DNA from: Bacteroidia bacterium | GTDB taxonomy: Bacteria; Bacteroidota; Bacteroidia; NS11-12g; UBA955 | DNA: 25,658 nucleotides | Direction: 5' to 3' | Assembly: GCA_038324665.1 (NCBI GenBank) | Contig: JBBQIF010000001.1 | Span: forward strand, 1 to 25,658 | In this document: one piece after another, positions 1 through 8,468 of the stretch | How the letters are laid out: each line of letters begins with the position of its first letter | How positions within the stretch are numbered: position 1 is the stretch's first letter | Translations under genes and position numbers: made by a program | The notes under the pieces: generated by a model | Databases searched by the model: none | What the model saw: only the letters and a program-made list of their open reading frames with translations | What the model was told of the DNA's origin: nothing

Positions 1-3000
1 CAGGGAGTTTCAGCATCTATAGGCAGTTCGGGAGCTGTATCTTATGCTTGGAATTTCGGTGATGGCTTTACAGCAACTGGTGCAACACCTAGCCATGTTT
101 ATAACAGTCCCGGTAATTTCATTATCACATTGGTTGCCACATATGGAGGTTCGTGCCCGGGTTCTTCTACTGTTACAAAACCGATTTCGATTCTACCTAA
201 ACCGTTTGTTACCATTTCAACTCAAGATCCTAATCAATTTTGTTCTACACCGGTTTCTACTACTATGACCCTAGCAGCAACTCCGGGCATAACAAGCATT
301 TTATGGTCGCCTTCGTCCACAACAGGAACAAGTTATACAGCCACCTCAACTGGAAGTTATTATGTGGTAGTAACCAATGGTTTTGGTTGCAAGGACACAA
401 GTAATACAATTGTTGTATCTGTTATCAGTTGCATTCCTTGCAGTGCAGGTCCTTACACCCTTACCTATACAAGAAAAAGATTGGGTTGCAGCAAGGATAG
501 TTTTATTGCTTCTGTCTCTGCCGGTGTAACTAATTTAACCTGGAATTTTGATGATCCTTATAATGCAACCACAGCTTCGGGAACCCCTGTTACTCATCAG
601 TTCACAGAGCCCGGTTATTATAGGGTTCGATTGTGTGCCGATGTGCCGAACGCGTCAGGCACTGGCACATGCCCAATATGCATGTACAAGGTGGATACCG
701 TTAAATACATCCCCGGTTTCTTCGATTCAACTTATTGCACCAATACCTCCGACTCGGTGAAAGTTAAATTTGTTAATACCACTAAGATATTGGCTGGTTA
801 TCCTGCACCATCTTATAGCTGGTTGATAATGCCGGGGGCCTATACCAGCACATTGAAGAGCCCAATAAGGAACCTTGCGCCTGGAACATATACCGTTAGC
901 TTAACTGTTAATGGAGTTTGTACAATTAGTAAAATTGTAGTGATACCGTCTTTACCTAAGGCGAAGTTTGTAGTGGTAGATTCTGTTTGTGTCGGCAAGC
1001 CAATCGTATTTACCAATACGAGTACTGGATCGTCTTTCTCCAATAGCTGGAAATTTGGTGATGGTGCTACTTCCTTGATATTTAGTCCTATCAGGACTTA
1101 TACTGCTGCCGGAGTTTATAATGTTGTTTTAACAATCATTAATGCGCTGGGATGTAAGGATACCTTTAAGAAAGCAGTAACTGTATTGCCAAATACTTTA
1201 ACAGGCATAATAACTGCGGGCGGTCCACGTAGATTCTGCGAGGGTGATAGTGTTAAATTAACGTGCACGCCAAGTGGTGGTTATCCTACTTGGTATTATT
1301 TGTGGAACACCACGCAAATTACTCAAAGCATTTTTGCAAAGCAGACGGGTAATTATAGCGTTAACCTGACAGATACCAAAGGCTGTTATTACAAGACACC
1401 GACACTTACCGTTACAGTTAAATCTAGGCCAAGGCCAAAGATTTTCGGGGATAAGAAATTATGCCTCAATACACAATATAATTATTATGTCAATTACCCC
1501 AATGTATTGGGTGCAGTTATCACATGGACCATTGACGGATCATTCTATTCCAATAGCAGCAGTATTCCTTATTATGCAGGTACCCTTGGTAACCATCAGA
1601 TAATTGTTACCGTGCAAAGCCCTGATACTTGTTATGGAACCGATACACTGAATGTAAAAGTATTCCCTAACCCGAATGTGTCCATAATTTCTGCTCCTGT
1701 ATTATGTGCTGGACTAAATAACCTGTTGATTGCTACTTCCACCTCTACCAATTTGATGGGGTATTTGTGGAGCACAGGGCAAACCAATGACAGTATTTAT
1801 GCCGGTATTCCTAAAACATATTCTGTCACAGCTATTGATTCCAACGGCTGTAAAGCAGATGCTTTTGTGCTGATCAATCCATTGCCCGACTTGTGTGGAT
1901 TAATGATAGGTTGCTATGAAATATGCGATACGGTGACAAAGCTCGTATGGTATGCGCCTCCGGGTTATGCAACTTACCAATGGTCGTTCAACGGCGTGCC
2001 AATTCCATGGGCTACCAATGATACTATTCATCTTCAATTATATAAGAACGGATATTATACGGTTAAGATTACTACCGCTGCTGGTTGTACTATAACCTCA
2101 GAGCCAATTGATATCACCTTTGTAAAATGCGGAGGATGTAAGTTCAATACCACTTTAAGTATTTTATGTGGACCGGTTTCAGGTGCGGGTAACCAAACCT
2201 ACCAATTGACCTTTACGGTGAACAACAGTCTGGGAGCTGGAGCGAATATTAATATTTCATCTACCAATGGCCCGGTTACAGGTATATCACCAGCAATACT
2301 TGGGGCTGGGTTGAATACAGTTACTGCTACCTTCGAGGATGTACCACCAGTAAATATTTTAACATGCTTCACAATAGTTATTTACAAAGGCAATAAGCGA
2401 TGTGATACCACGATTTGCAGAGATCTACCAGATTGTGAGAATAAGAATTGCAGCTTAAAGACCAAGCTGAGAAGTATTAAATGTGCAGGAACCAATGGCA
2501 GCGGTAATCCAACCTATTATTTATGTATAGATGTTACTTGGGGAGGTAGCAATGGTTCAACGCTAACACTCACAACCGCATCAGGTAGTTTTGTGCCGAA
2601 TCCTGTAACAGTGAATAATGGCACTCAGACACTGTGTTATACTTACACTGATCTGCCGCCATACAATTCATTCATAACACTCGTGAGTAATGTCTATGAC
2701 CCTGTTACCCATAAAATATGCAAGGACTCATTCAAGTTCGAATACAAGCCTTGCCCTGACAGTTGCACAATAGGGGTATATGGAGAATGTGCGCATTGCA
2801 ATAAAGTGAAAAATGGCGTTTGGACGTATGATATTGACTTAACGGTTTATAATCCTTTTGGCAACAGTGCTACAGTGTCAATTCTGCCAATTGCAGCAGG
2901 TACTTTTGGCACAATTACGCCAAACCCAATCCCGCCAGGCATGCAGACAGTTAGTACACAATTTACCGATAATCTGCCAGCCAATAGCATCATCTGTTTC

Positions 3001-3363
3001 AGAATATTGCTGACTGATGTCTTAACAGGCAGATCGTGCTGGAAAGATATCTGTATTGCTTTGCCTCCATGCGATTCCAATGCTTCCATACTTTACAATG
3101 TGGAGGAATCCTTCTCGTTGGTGATGTATCCAAATCCAACTTCGGGTATTACCAAATTAAACTACCAGTTCTTGCATCCTTCAGAAGATATGAAAATTGT
3201 AATCACAGATTTGAATGGAAAAATTGTGACGACCATCATACCAGATGATTTTGCAGGCGAAACCATTATTAATACAGAAGGATGGTACCAAGGTATTTAT
3301 TTTGTGAAGGTATTGAAAGATGGAAGAGATATAGGTACTAGTAAATTGGTGATAGTGCGGTAG
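1..3363 (+). CDS. Large secreted PKD-domain / Cys-rich repeat protein with T9SS type A C-terminal sorting domain (5' truncated by the window edge)
   Basis: Frame 1 is open from base 1 (QGVSASIGSSGAVSYAWNFGDGFTATGATPSHVYNSPG, a PKD motif), so the TTG at 130 is not the real start. Further PKD motifs are WNFDDP and WKFGDG...IRTYTAAGVYNVVL. The C-terminus YPNPTSG...TDLNGKIV...QGIYFVKV...KLVIVR is a typical T9SS CTD. Confidence 0.88.
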   Translation, partial: QGVSASIGSSGAVSYAWNFGDGFTATGATPSHVYNSPGNFIITLVATYGGSCPGSSTVTKPISILPKPFVTISTQDPNQFCSTPVSTTMTLAATPGITSILWSPSSTTGTSYTATSTGSYYVVVTNGFGCKDTSNTIVVSVISCIPCSAGPYTLTYTRKRLGCSKDSFIASVSAGVTNLTWNFDDPYNATTASGTPVTHQFTEPGYYRVRLCADVPNASGTGTCPICMYKVDTVKYIPGFFDSTYCTNTSDSVKVKFVNTTKILAGYPAPSYSWLIMPGAYTSTLKSPIRNLAPGTYTVSLTVNGVCTISKIVVIPSLPKAKFVVVDSVCVGKPIVFTNTSTGSSFSNSWKFGDGATSLIFSPIRTYTAAGVYNVVLTIINALGCKDTFKKAVTVLPNTLTGIITAGGPRRFCEGDSVKLTCTPSGGYPTWYYLWNTTQITQSIFAKQTGNYSVNLTDTKGCYYKTPTLTVTVKSRPRPKIFGDKKLCLNTQYNYYVNYPNVLGAVITWTIDGSFYSNSSSIPYYAGTLGNHQIIVTVQSPDTCYGTDTLNVKVFPNPNVSIISAPVLCAGLNNLLIATSTSTNLMGYLWSTGQTNDSIYAGIPKTYSVTAIDSNGCKADAFVLINPLPDLCGLMIGCYEICDTVTKLVWYAPPGYATYQWSFNGVPIPWATNDTIHLQLYKNGYYTVKITTAAGCTITSEPIDITFVKCGGCKFNTTLSILCGPVSGAGNQTYQLTFTVNNSLGAGANINISSTNGPVTGISPAILGAGLNTVTATFEDVPPVNILTCFTIVIYKGNKRCDTTICRDLPDCENKNCSLKTKLRSIKCAGTNGSGNPTYYLCIDVTWGGSNGSTLTLTTASGSFVPNPVTVNNGTQTLCYTYTDLPPYNSFITLVSNVYDPVTHKICKDSFKFEYKPCPDSCTIGVYGECAHCNKVKNGVWTYDIDLTVYNPFGNSATVSILPIAAGTFGTITPNPIPPGMQTVSTQFTDNLPANSIICFRILLTDVLTGRSCWKDICIALPPCDSNASILYNVEESFSLVMYPNPTSGITKLNYQFLHPSEDMKIVITDLNGKIVTTIIPDDFAGETIINTEGWYQGIYFVKVLKDGRDIGTSKLVIVR

Positions 3364-3410
3364 GCTTCGGTGCCCTTCAGTAAACTCAGTTTGACTTCGG
3401 TAAACTCAGT
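3364..3410 (-). repeat. REP-like hairpin repeat cluster 1 (2 copies plus a partial copy)
   Basis: CCTTCAGTAAACTCAGT (3374-3390) and ACTTCGGTAAACTCAGT (3394-3410) have a 20-nt period. Their reverse complement matches ACTGAGTTTATCGAAGT at 12391 and 12416. The cluster starts right after the TAG at 3363. Confidence 0.75.
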
Positions 3411-3446
3411 CAGTCGAATGGAGCCTTTAATAAATATAATTCTCAG

Positions 3447-3480
3447 AAACCCTGATGTAAAAGTCAGGGTTTTTTGTTTT
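3447..3480 (+). terminator. Intrinsic terminator
   Basis: Stem AAACCCTGA / TCAGGGTTT with loop TGTAAAAG, followed by TTTGTTTT, downstream of the PKD gene. Confidence 0.8.
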
Positions 3481-3611
3481 AAGATCACTCCTGTTTTAAG
3501 TATGGGAATTGTATAACAAATACCGATAGATATGTAACATTCAATTGAACAAATTAGGTCAATTTTGTATTGACTTTCTAACTCTAATAAGTAACTAAAA
3601 ATAATACAAAA

Positions 3612-4247
3612 ATGAATAAGCAAATAATAATCATTGCCATCATTCTGGGTTTTTCCATTAATGCTAATGCGCAAAAAGATGTACGTGAACAAACAATGTT
3701 TGGCTTTAAGGTAGGAGCCAATTATTCAAATGTATATGATGAAGCCGGAGATCAATTTGTTGCAGACCCGAAGATTGGTTTAGCCATGGGCGGATTCTTT
3801 TCCATACCATTTGATAAGTATATTGGTCTTCAGCCGGAGATTCTATTTTCACAAAAAGGTTTCAGAGCGACAGGATTTTTGCTTGGCAATAATTATGGCT
3901 TAACCCGTACTACCAATTTTATTGATGTGCCGATATTTTTTGCAATTAAACCACTCCCGTCACTCACCCTTTTGATAGGTCCGCAGTATTCATACCTGTT
4001 AAAGCAAAAGGATGTATTCACTAATGGTAATACTAGCATCTTGCAACAACAGGAATTTCAAAATGACAATATTCGTAAAAATATATTGTGCTTTGCAGCA
4101 GGCGCTGATATTACCCTCGATCACACCGTGATAAGCGGCAGGGTAGGTTGGGATATTCAGAACAATAAAGGAGACGGTACATCATCAACTCCACGTTATA
4201 AGAATGTGTGGTACCAGTTAACCGTTGGTTATAGGTTTTACGATTAA
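3612..4247 (+). CDS. Outer-membrane beta-barrel protein (porin family, PorT-like / OMP_b-brl_2 type)
   Basis: Signal peptide ending ANA-Q, plus motifs FGFKVGANYS, LQPEILFSQKG and LLIGPQYSYLL. The C-terminal YQLTVGYRF is a BAM-type signal. Confidence 0.85.
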   Translation: MNKQIIIIAIILGFSINANAQKDVREQTMFGFKVGANYSNVYDEAGDQFVADPKIGLAMGGFFSIPFDKYIGLQPEILFSQKGFRATGFLLGNNYGLTRTTNFIDVPIFFAIKPLPSLTLLIGPQYSYLLKQKDVFTNGNTSILQQQEFQNDNIRKNILCFAAGADITLDHTVISGRVGWDIQNNKGDGTSSTPRYKNVWYQLTVGYRFYD

Positions 4248-4353
4248 AAGTCGGTTTATAAAGGCCGCTTGTAGGGGTAAAATGAACCAAGATGAATGCT
4301 TCATAAGAGAGATACTGCTTAGTTGTGTTCAAAACTCGGATGGTAAGTGATTC

Positions 4354-4377
4354 AAGGCGCTTCAGCGCCTTATTCTT
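4354..4377. terminator. GC-rich hairpin between convergent genes (possible terminator)
   Basis: AAGGCGC-TTCA-GCGCCTT is a perfect 7-bp stem, but the U-tract is weak on both strands. Confidence 0.4.
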
Positions 4378-4451
4378 ATATGCTCTAAGGTGCCTTAGGT
4401 GGTAAAGTTCTAAAAATATTGGATTAGATAAAGTAGAATCGAACTCGAAGT

Positions 4452-5006
4452 TTAATCCATAAACGGCTCCAACAATGCAGTCCAAGCTTCATGATTTCGC
4501 ACGCCGGGAGAAGTTTCATTCTCGCCTTTAAAAGCAATACCTGAATACTGTTCAATATTTTTTATTGATACCCCATTTTTTGCTTGGTAAAGAATGGGTA
4601 AGTCAGTCTTTTCCTTCAACATTTGCAGTACGTTTTCATTGTCAGTAATCAAACATTTTGCAAACTGCATTAAAGGTGTTTCATTGCCTGTTGCAGTTGA
4701 TAAAATAAGTGGCAAGCCTAAATCAACAATTGAAAGGTCGGCATAGTCTGCAGGAACTTGCAATGCGTGTAGTGGGATGGCTATTACAAAATCTCTGATC
4801 CATTCTACAGGCTGGGTGCTGAATTCACCAACGATTAAAGGGCCGTTAATCCACCCTGCAATTTCTTTGGCTTTGTTTGGTTCTATATAATCTGAGGAGG
4901 CAGGGTCGAAACAGAAGCCTATAAAATCGGCCCACATACCCGCTGCATACCGCGCATCTGAAAGATTGGTGATTGATGAAAATTTAAGTAAAAAAGGGTA
5001 GTTCAT
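4452..5006 (-). CDS. Phosphoribosylanthranilate isomerase (TrpF)-like paralog, probably non-canonical
   Basis: The N-terminus LKFSSITNLSDARYAAGMWADFIGFCFDPASSDYI aligns by eye with the TrpF pattern VKICGIT..EDA..A...GADALGF.F...S.RYV. It is not in a trp operon. Confidence 0.75.
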   Translation of the reverse strand: MNYPFLLKFSSITNLSDARYAAGMWADFIGFCFDPASSDYIEPNKAKEIAGWINGPLIVGEFSTQPVEWIRDFVIAIPLHALQVPADYADLSIVDLGLPLILSTATGNETPLMQFAKCLITDNENVLQMLKEKTDLPILYQAKNGVSIKNIEQYSGIAFKGENETSPGVRNHEAWTALLEPFMD

Positions 5007-5007
5007 T

Positions 5008-6225
5008 TTAATTGAATTTAATGGCTCTTACTGGTGCAATATTATTAATCATTCTCACTGGCAATAAAAGGGCAAACATGCATAAGGCGATAGTGCCTAA
5101 ATTAATGAGAACAACATACAGCCAGTTAATCTGAATAGGCACAAATGCGAGGTAATAAGTTTCGCGCGGCAGGGTAATGAATTTATAATGTTGTTGAAGG
5201 TAACAAGCTCCAATGCCTAAAACATTGCCAAAAACCAGACCTAAAATAAGGATGTAAAATGCATGGTTAAGAAATACCCGTTTAATTAGGTTATTCCTAC
5301 TGCCTAGTGCTTTTAAGATACCTACCATATTGGTGCGCTCTATAATTAAAATGAGTAGAGCAGTTATCATATTGATACAGGCCACGACTATCATTAAGCC
5401 TAAAATAATCGTAATATTCTGGTCAAGATAACCTAACCAATCAAAGATTTGAGGGTTGAGTTGTATCATATTTTCCGCATTAAGATCTTGCGGAATTACC
5501 CTGTTAACTTGTTTCGCTGTAATAAGCAATTGACTGAAATCTTTTGTTTTTATTTCGTAATGTGTAATTCTGCGCTGTTTGGCAGCAAATATTCTTTGCA
5601 TTTCCCTTAGGCTACCAATCACAAATACTAAATCATTTTCCTCTAATCCGGTTTCATATATGCCTACTACTTTGCAGGGTATTATGCGTACAGGGTCGTT
5701 GATGAAAAATATTTTGACATACTTACCGGTATCTATCTGCATTTTTTTAGCCAGTATCTGTGAAACCATAATTTCACGTTTTGCAGTACTGTCTTTTGTA
5801 TTGGGAATGCGGCCTCTTAAAAGGTTTTTTTCAAAAAAACTAAAATTATATTGCGCATCAACACCCTTAAAAATAATCCCTTCAAGGTCTTCATTGGATT
5901 TTATGATGCCCGGTTTTGTGAGTACAGGAGCGACAGATTGTACATTGGCATTAGCTTTTATCTTATTGACCATGGCGTCGGAATCATTGAACAATAAATA
6001 ATCAAAGCTACCTGTGGTGCCTGTGGCGTGTATTTCGATATGCCCACCAAAACCCACTACCTTGTCGGTAATCTGTTGCTTATAGCCAATAACCACTGCC
6101 GTTGCAATAATCATAACGGCAACACTTAAGCCTACGCCAAACCATGCCAGTTTGATGATAAAGGATGTAAAAGATTTGAATTTGCCAAGGGCCAGGCGCC
6201 TTGCAATGAACCTGCTTAATTGCAC
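5008..6225 (-). CDS. ABC transporter permease, LolC/LolE (MacB/FtsX) family
   Basis: N-terminal FIARRL, TM1 followed by a periplasmic domain, ILIIERTNMVGILKALGS, and C-terminal TMs ending APVRAIKF. GTG start. Confidence 0.9.
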   Translation of the reverse strand: MQLSRFIARRLALGKFKSFTSFIIKLAWFGVGLSVAVMIIATAVVIGYKQQITDKVVGFGGHIEIHATGTTGSFDYLLFNDSDAMVNKIKANANVQSVAPVLTKPGIIKSNEDLEGIIFKGVDAQYNFSFFEKNLLRGRIPNTKDSTAKREIMVSQILAKKMQIDTGKYVKIFFINDPVRIIPCKVVGIYETGLEENDLVFVIGSLREMQRIFAAKQRRITHYEIKTKDFSQLLITAKQVNRVIPQDLNAENMIQLNPQIFDWLGYLDQNITIILGLMIVVACINMITALLILIIERTNMVGILKALGSRNNLIKRVFLNHAFYILILGLVFGNVLGIGACYLQQHYKFITLPRETYYLAFVPIQINWLYVVLINLGTIALCMFALLLPVRMINNIAPVRAIKFN

Positions 6226-6229
6226 GCTG

Positions 6230-6243
6230 CAATTTTAGTGAAA
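6230..6243 (-). promoter_or_regulatory. Bacteroidota -7-type promoter element for the lolC/E-like gene
   Basis: The minus strand reads TTTCACTAAAATTG (TAAAATTG is one mismatch from TAnnTTTG), 4 nt before the GTG. An identical 14-mer lies at 7327-7340. Confidence 0.6.
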
Positions 6244-6284
6244 ATATATGGGCTAAGGAAAGGTTTAAGAATAATTCTCCTCCT

Positions 6285-7301
6285 TTAATTGACAAAACCG
6301 AATACTTTAAACTGAGGAAGTCCAATCAGGTTATTTTTTGTAGTTGCTCCTAAGGTAATATTATTATAACTTGATAATCTTCGGGAAGCGAAAAGGCCAA
6401 TACCATTTTCTATATTAGAGTATTCTTTCTGTTTCTGTACAATACCTATAAAGGGTTCATTTGCCTGTAAATAACTGCCGTATATAATATTGGCACAAGT
6501 TAATTCAAGTCTGCACGGCAGGAATCTTCTCTCAACTGTATTATCCACTTTTAATTGATTTAAAAGGAAATCATAAAAACTACTGCTTTCGTGTGAAACA
6601 CTAGGACCTTGATTAGGAATATCTTCCCGCATATAATTACTCAATAGGCTAAATTTGAGCGTCCTGATTGTTTTTATGAAGGTATCTGCCTTGTTCACTT
6701 CAAGATAATTAAAGTAAAAGAATGCATCATAGGCCGCACTATTGTTAGGTGCTCTGAATATCACCCTGAAATTAGAAGAAGTATAGAAGTCGATGGTAGG
6801 ATTAGTGGTGGATATAAGGCTATAAGGCGAGCCAATTATAATTGAATCTGGAATATCAGTAATAGCGGTAATATGCTTTTGTTTTTTTGGTAATATAAGA
6901 TCTAGCCTATAATGATAATACTCAGATTGCTTGGCTGGATTAGCAGCATATATCTTTTCATTTGTAGAATAAAGGTAGTTGGGATAGGTAGTAAAAATGC
7001 CGGGTTGTTTCAGAATTGTATTTGTTTTATAGAGTGGTATTACTCTGCCTGTCTCTACCTCGGTAAGGGTGGGTGTCAGAGAATCAAAGAAAAGAGAATC
7101 GGCTATTTTTGCTACATTAGCTGAAGGTTGACCAGGTGACGTAAAAACTTTATTGATTTTGACGTATTGAACAGGTTGCGTAGGGTCAAGCATGGCAAAT
7201 ACAGAGGCGTTTTCCTCATAATCTGCAAATTCAATTTTATTAGAGCATGAATTGAATATTAGGCAAACCGAAAGGATAATAAGTAAATGCAAGAATTTCA
7301 T
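6285..7301 (-). CDS. Lipoprotein, DUF4249-like family
   Basis: Hydrophobic leader with lipobox FNS-C, then VFAMLDPTQPVQYVKINKVF and C-terminal YSNIENGIGLFASR, which are typical of this Bacteroidota family. Confidence 0.75.
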   Translation of the reverse strand: MKFLHLLIILSVCLIFNSCSNKIEFADYEENASVFAMLDPTQPVQYVKINKVFTSPGQPSANVAKIADSLFFDSLTPTLTEVETGRVIPLYKTNTILKQPGIFTTYPNYLYSTNEKIYAANPAKQSEYYHYRLDLILPKKQKHITAITDIPDSIIIGSPYSLISTTNPTIDFYTSSNFRVIFRAPNNSAAYDAFFYFNYLEVNKADTFIKTIRTLKFSLLSNYMREDIPNQGPSVSHESSSFYDFLLNQLKVDNTVERRFLPCRLELTCANIIYGSYLQANEPFIGIVQKQKEYSNIENGIGLFASRRLSSYNNITLGATTKNNLIGLPQFKVFGFVN

Positions 7302-7326
7302 ATCTTGGATAAAGTTATGGGCAGTA

Positions 7327-7340
7327 CAATTTTAGTGAAA
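7327..7340 (-). promoter_or_regulatory. Bacteroidota -7-type promoter element for the lipoprotein gene
   Basis: TTTCACTAAAATTG on the minus strand, with the 8-mer ending 25 nt before the ATG. Confidence 0.55.
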
Positions 7341-7360
7341 TAAAATCACTTCCCCTTCAT

Positions 7361-7957
7361 TTAAGACCTTGCAAAAGCCAATAACAATTTATAATTGCCC
7401 TTGTCTGCCGCTTTAATTGCTTTAAGATAACCGGTTCTACTATTTATTTTTTTAGAATGATTGTTGGCACCCCAACTGAAAATTGGTCGCTTGAATATTT
7501 TATCAATGATAATATCTGCCATTAAGCGACTATGCCTACCATTGCCATTTGGAAAGCAATGAATACTTACAATTCGGTGTTTGAACCTTATGGCTATTTC
7601 ATCGGGAGAGAAAGTGGTATGCGCTACCCAGTAGGTCACGTCATCCAACAAATGTTTCAATTCAATGCCTACTTTCCACCAATCAACGCCAAGATTTTTA
7701 TTCGATTTACGGAAATCTCCTGCCCATTCCCATACATTCCCATACATTTTTTTATGAACTTCTTTCACAAATGGTTCTGAAAAAATAGTTTCTCTTTTAA
7801 AATTTCTCATAAGGGTCCATAGCATGGCCGCTTCAATATTCTGTTGTTCAAATTCATCCAACTCATGTTTTGTTGCAAGGGAAAGTATGAGCAATCCATC
7901 TCTCTCCTCTTCATTTAGGGGAGTTTGGCCCTCTTTATATTTGATAGTTAATCCCAC
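7361..7957 (-). CDS. Mobile mystery protein B (Fic domain)
   Basis: N-terminal GQTPLNEEERDGL, ELDEFEQQNI, HKKMYGNVWEWAG.FRKSNKNLG, and an intact Fic motif HCFPNGNGRHSR. The GTG start overlaps the stop of protein A. Confidence 0.92.
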   Translation of the reverse strand: MGLTIKYKEGQTPLNEEERDGLLILSLATKHELDEFEQQNIEAAMLWTLMRNFKRETIFSEPFVKEVHKKMYGNVWEWAGDFRKSNKNLGVDWWKVGIELKHLLDDVTYWVAHTTFSPDEIAIRFKHRIVSIHCFPNGNGRHSRLMADIIIDKIFKRPIFSWGANNHSKKINSRTGYLKAIKAADKGNYKLLLAFARS

Positions 7958-8406
7958 AGGATCTTAGGCATTTCTTTCTTGATTTCTTCGGCCCTTTCCT
8001 TTATTGCTTTTTCAATTCGTTTTTTGGAAACTTCCTGACCTTCCAGTTTCATGGTATTGGAAGTGCGGTGTACAATTTTGGTTGCAAGCTCTGTTGCCCT
8101 TCTTTCTATCAGTGCATCGAGTGAGCCATCATTCGGAACAAAGCCGTAAACTAATTGCATATCCATGGCCCTGCCTAATTCTTTAAGCGATTTGATAGTG
8201 ATGGCCCCTGTTGATTCCCTATTTTCAAAATCGAGTATCCCCTGCTTGGTTACAGATAGTTTATTGCCTAATTGTTGCAAAGACATACCAAGGGCGGTGC
8301 GTATGGCTTTTATCCAACCGGTAGGAGGTAAGGCTGCTTTCTTTAAGGAAGAGAACCCTGTTATTTTATTGTTTATCTGTTGCAGTTGCAAGGACTTTGT
8401 GCTCAT
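7948..8406 (-). CDS. Mobile mystery protein A (XRE-family HTH)
   Basis: PPTGWIKAIRTALGMSLQQLGNKLSVTKQGILDFENRE..G.ITIKSL, LVYGFVP, MKLEGQ and C-terminal LWD. It lies directly upstream of the Fic gene. Confidence 0.92.
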   Translation of the reverse strand: MSTKSLQLQQINNKITGFSSLKKAALPPTGWIKAIRTALGMSLQQLGNKLSVTKQGILDFENRESTGAITIKSLKELGRAMDMQLVYGFVPNDGSLDALIERRATELATKIVHRTSNTMKLEGQEVSKKRIEKAIKERAEEIKKEMPKILWD

Positions 8407-8436
8407 ATCAATACTTTTTATACCTACTTAACACCA

Positions 8437-8468
8437 CAAAAGTAAACATAAAAATTGATATTTACAAA
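8437..8468 (-). promoter_or_regulatory. -33/-7 promoter of the mobile mystery operon
   Basis: Minus strand TTTG (8468-8465), a 20-nt spacer, then TACTTTTG (8444-8437). This matches the Bacteroidota primary sigma consensus. Confidence 0.7.

Noticed and set aside
3297-3692. 131-aa minus-strand ORF across the repeat and terminator
   Set aside because: It is antisense to two real genes, runs through regulatory elements and has low-complexity composition.
4111-4485. 124-aa minus-strand ORF spanning the convergent junction
   Set aside because: It overlaps two well-supported genes, starts at a non-ATG codon and has no recognisable motif.
5008-6225. LolC/E-like permease without an adjacent LolD ATPase
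   Set aside because: Dispersed lol genes are ordinary in Bacteroidota, so this is not evidence of a broken locus.
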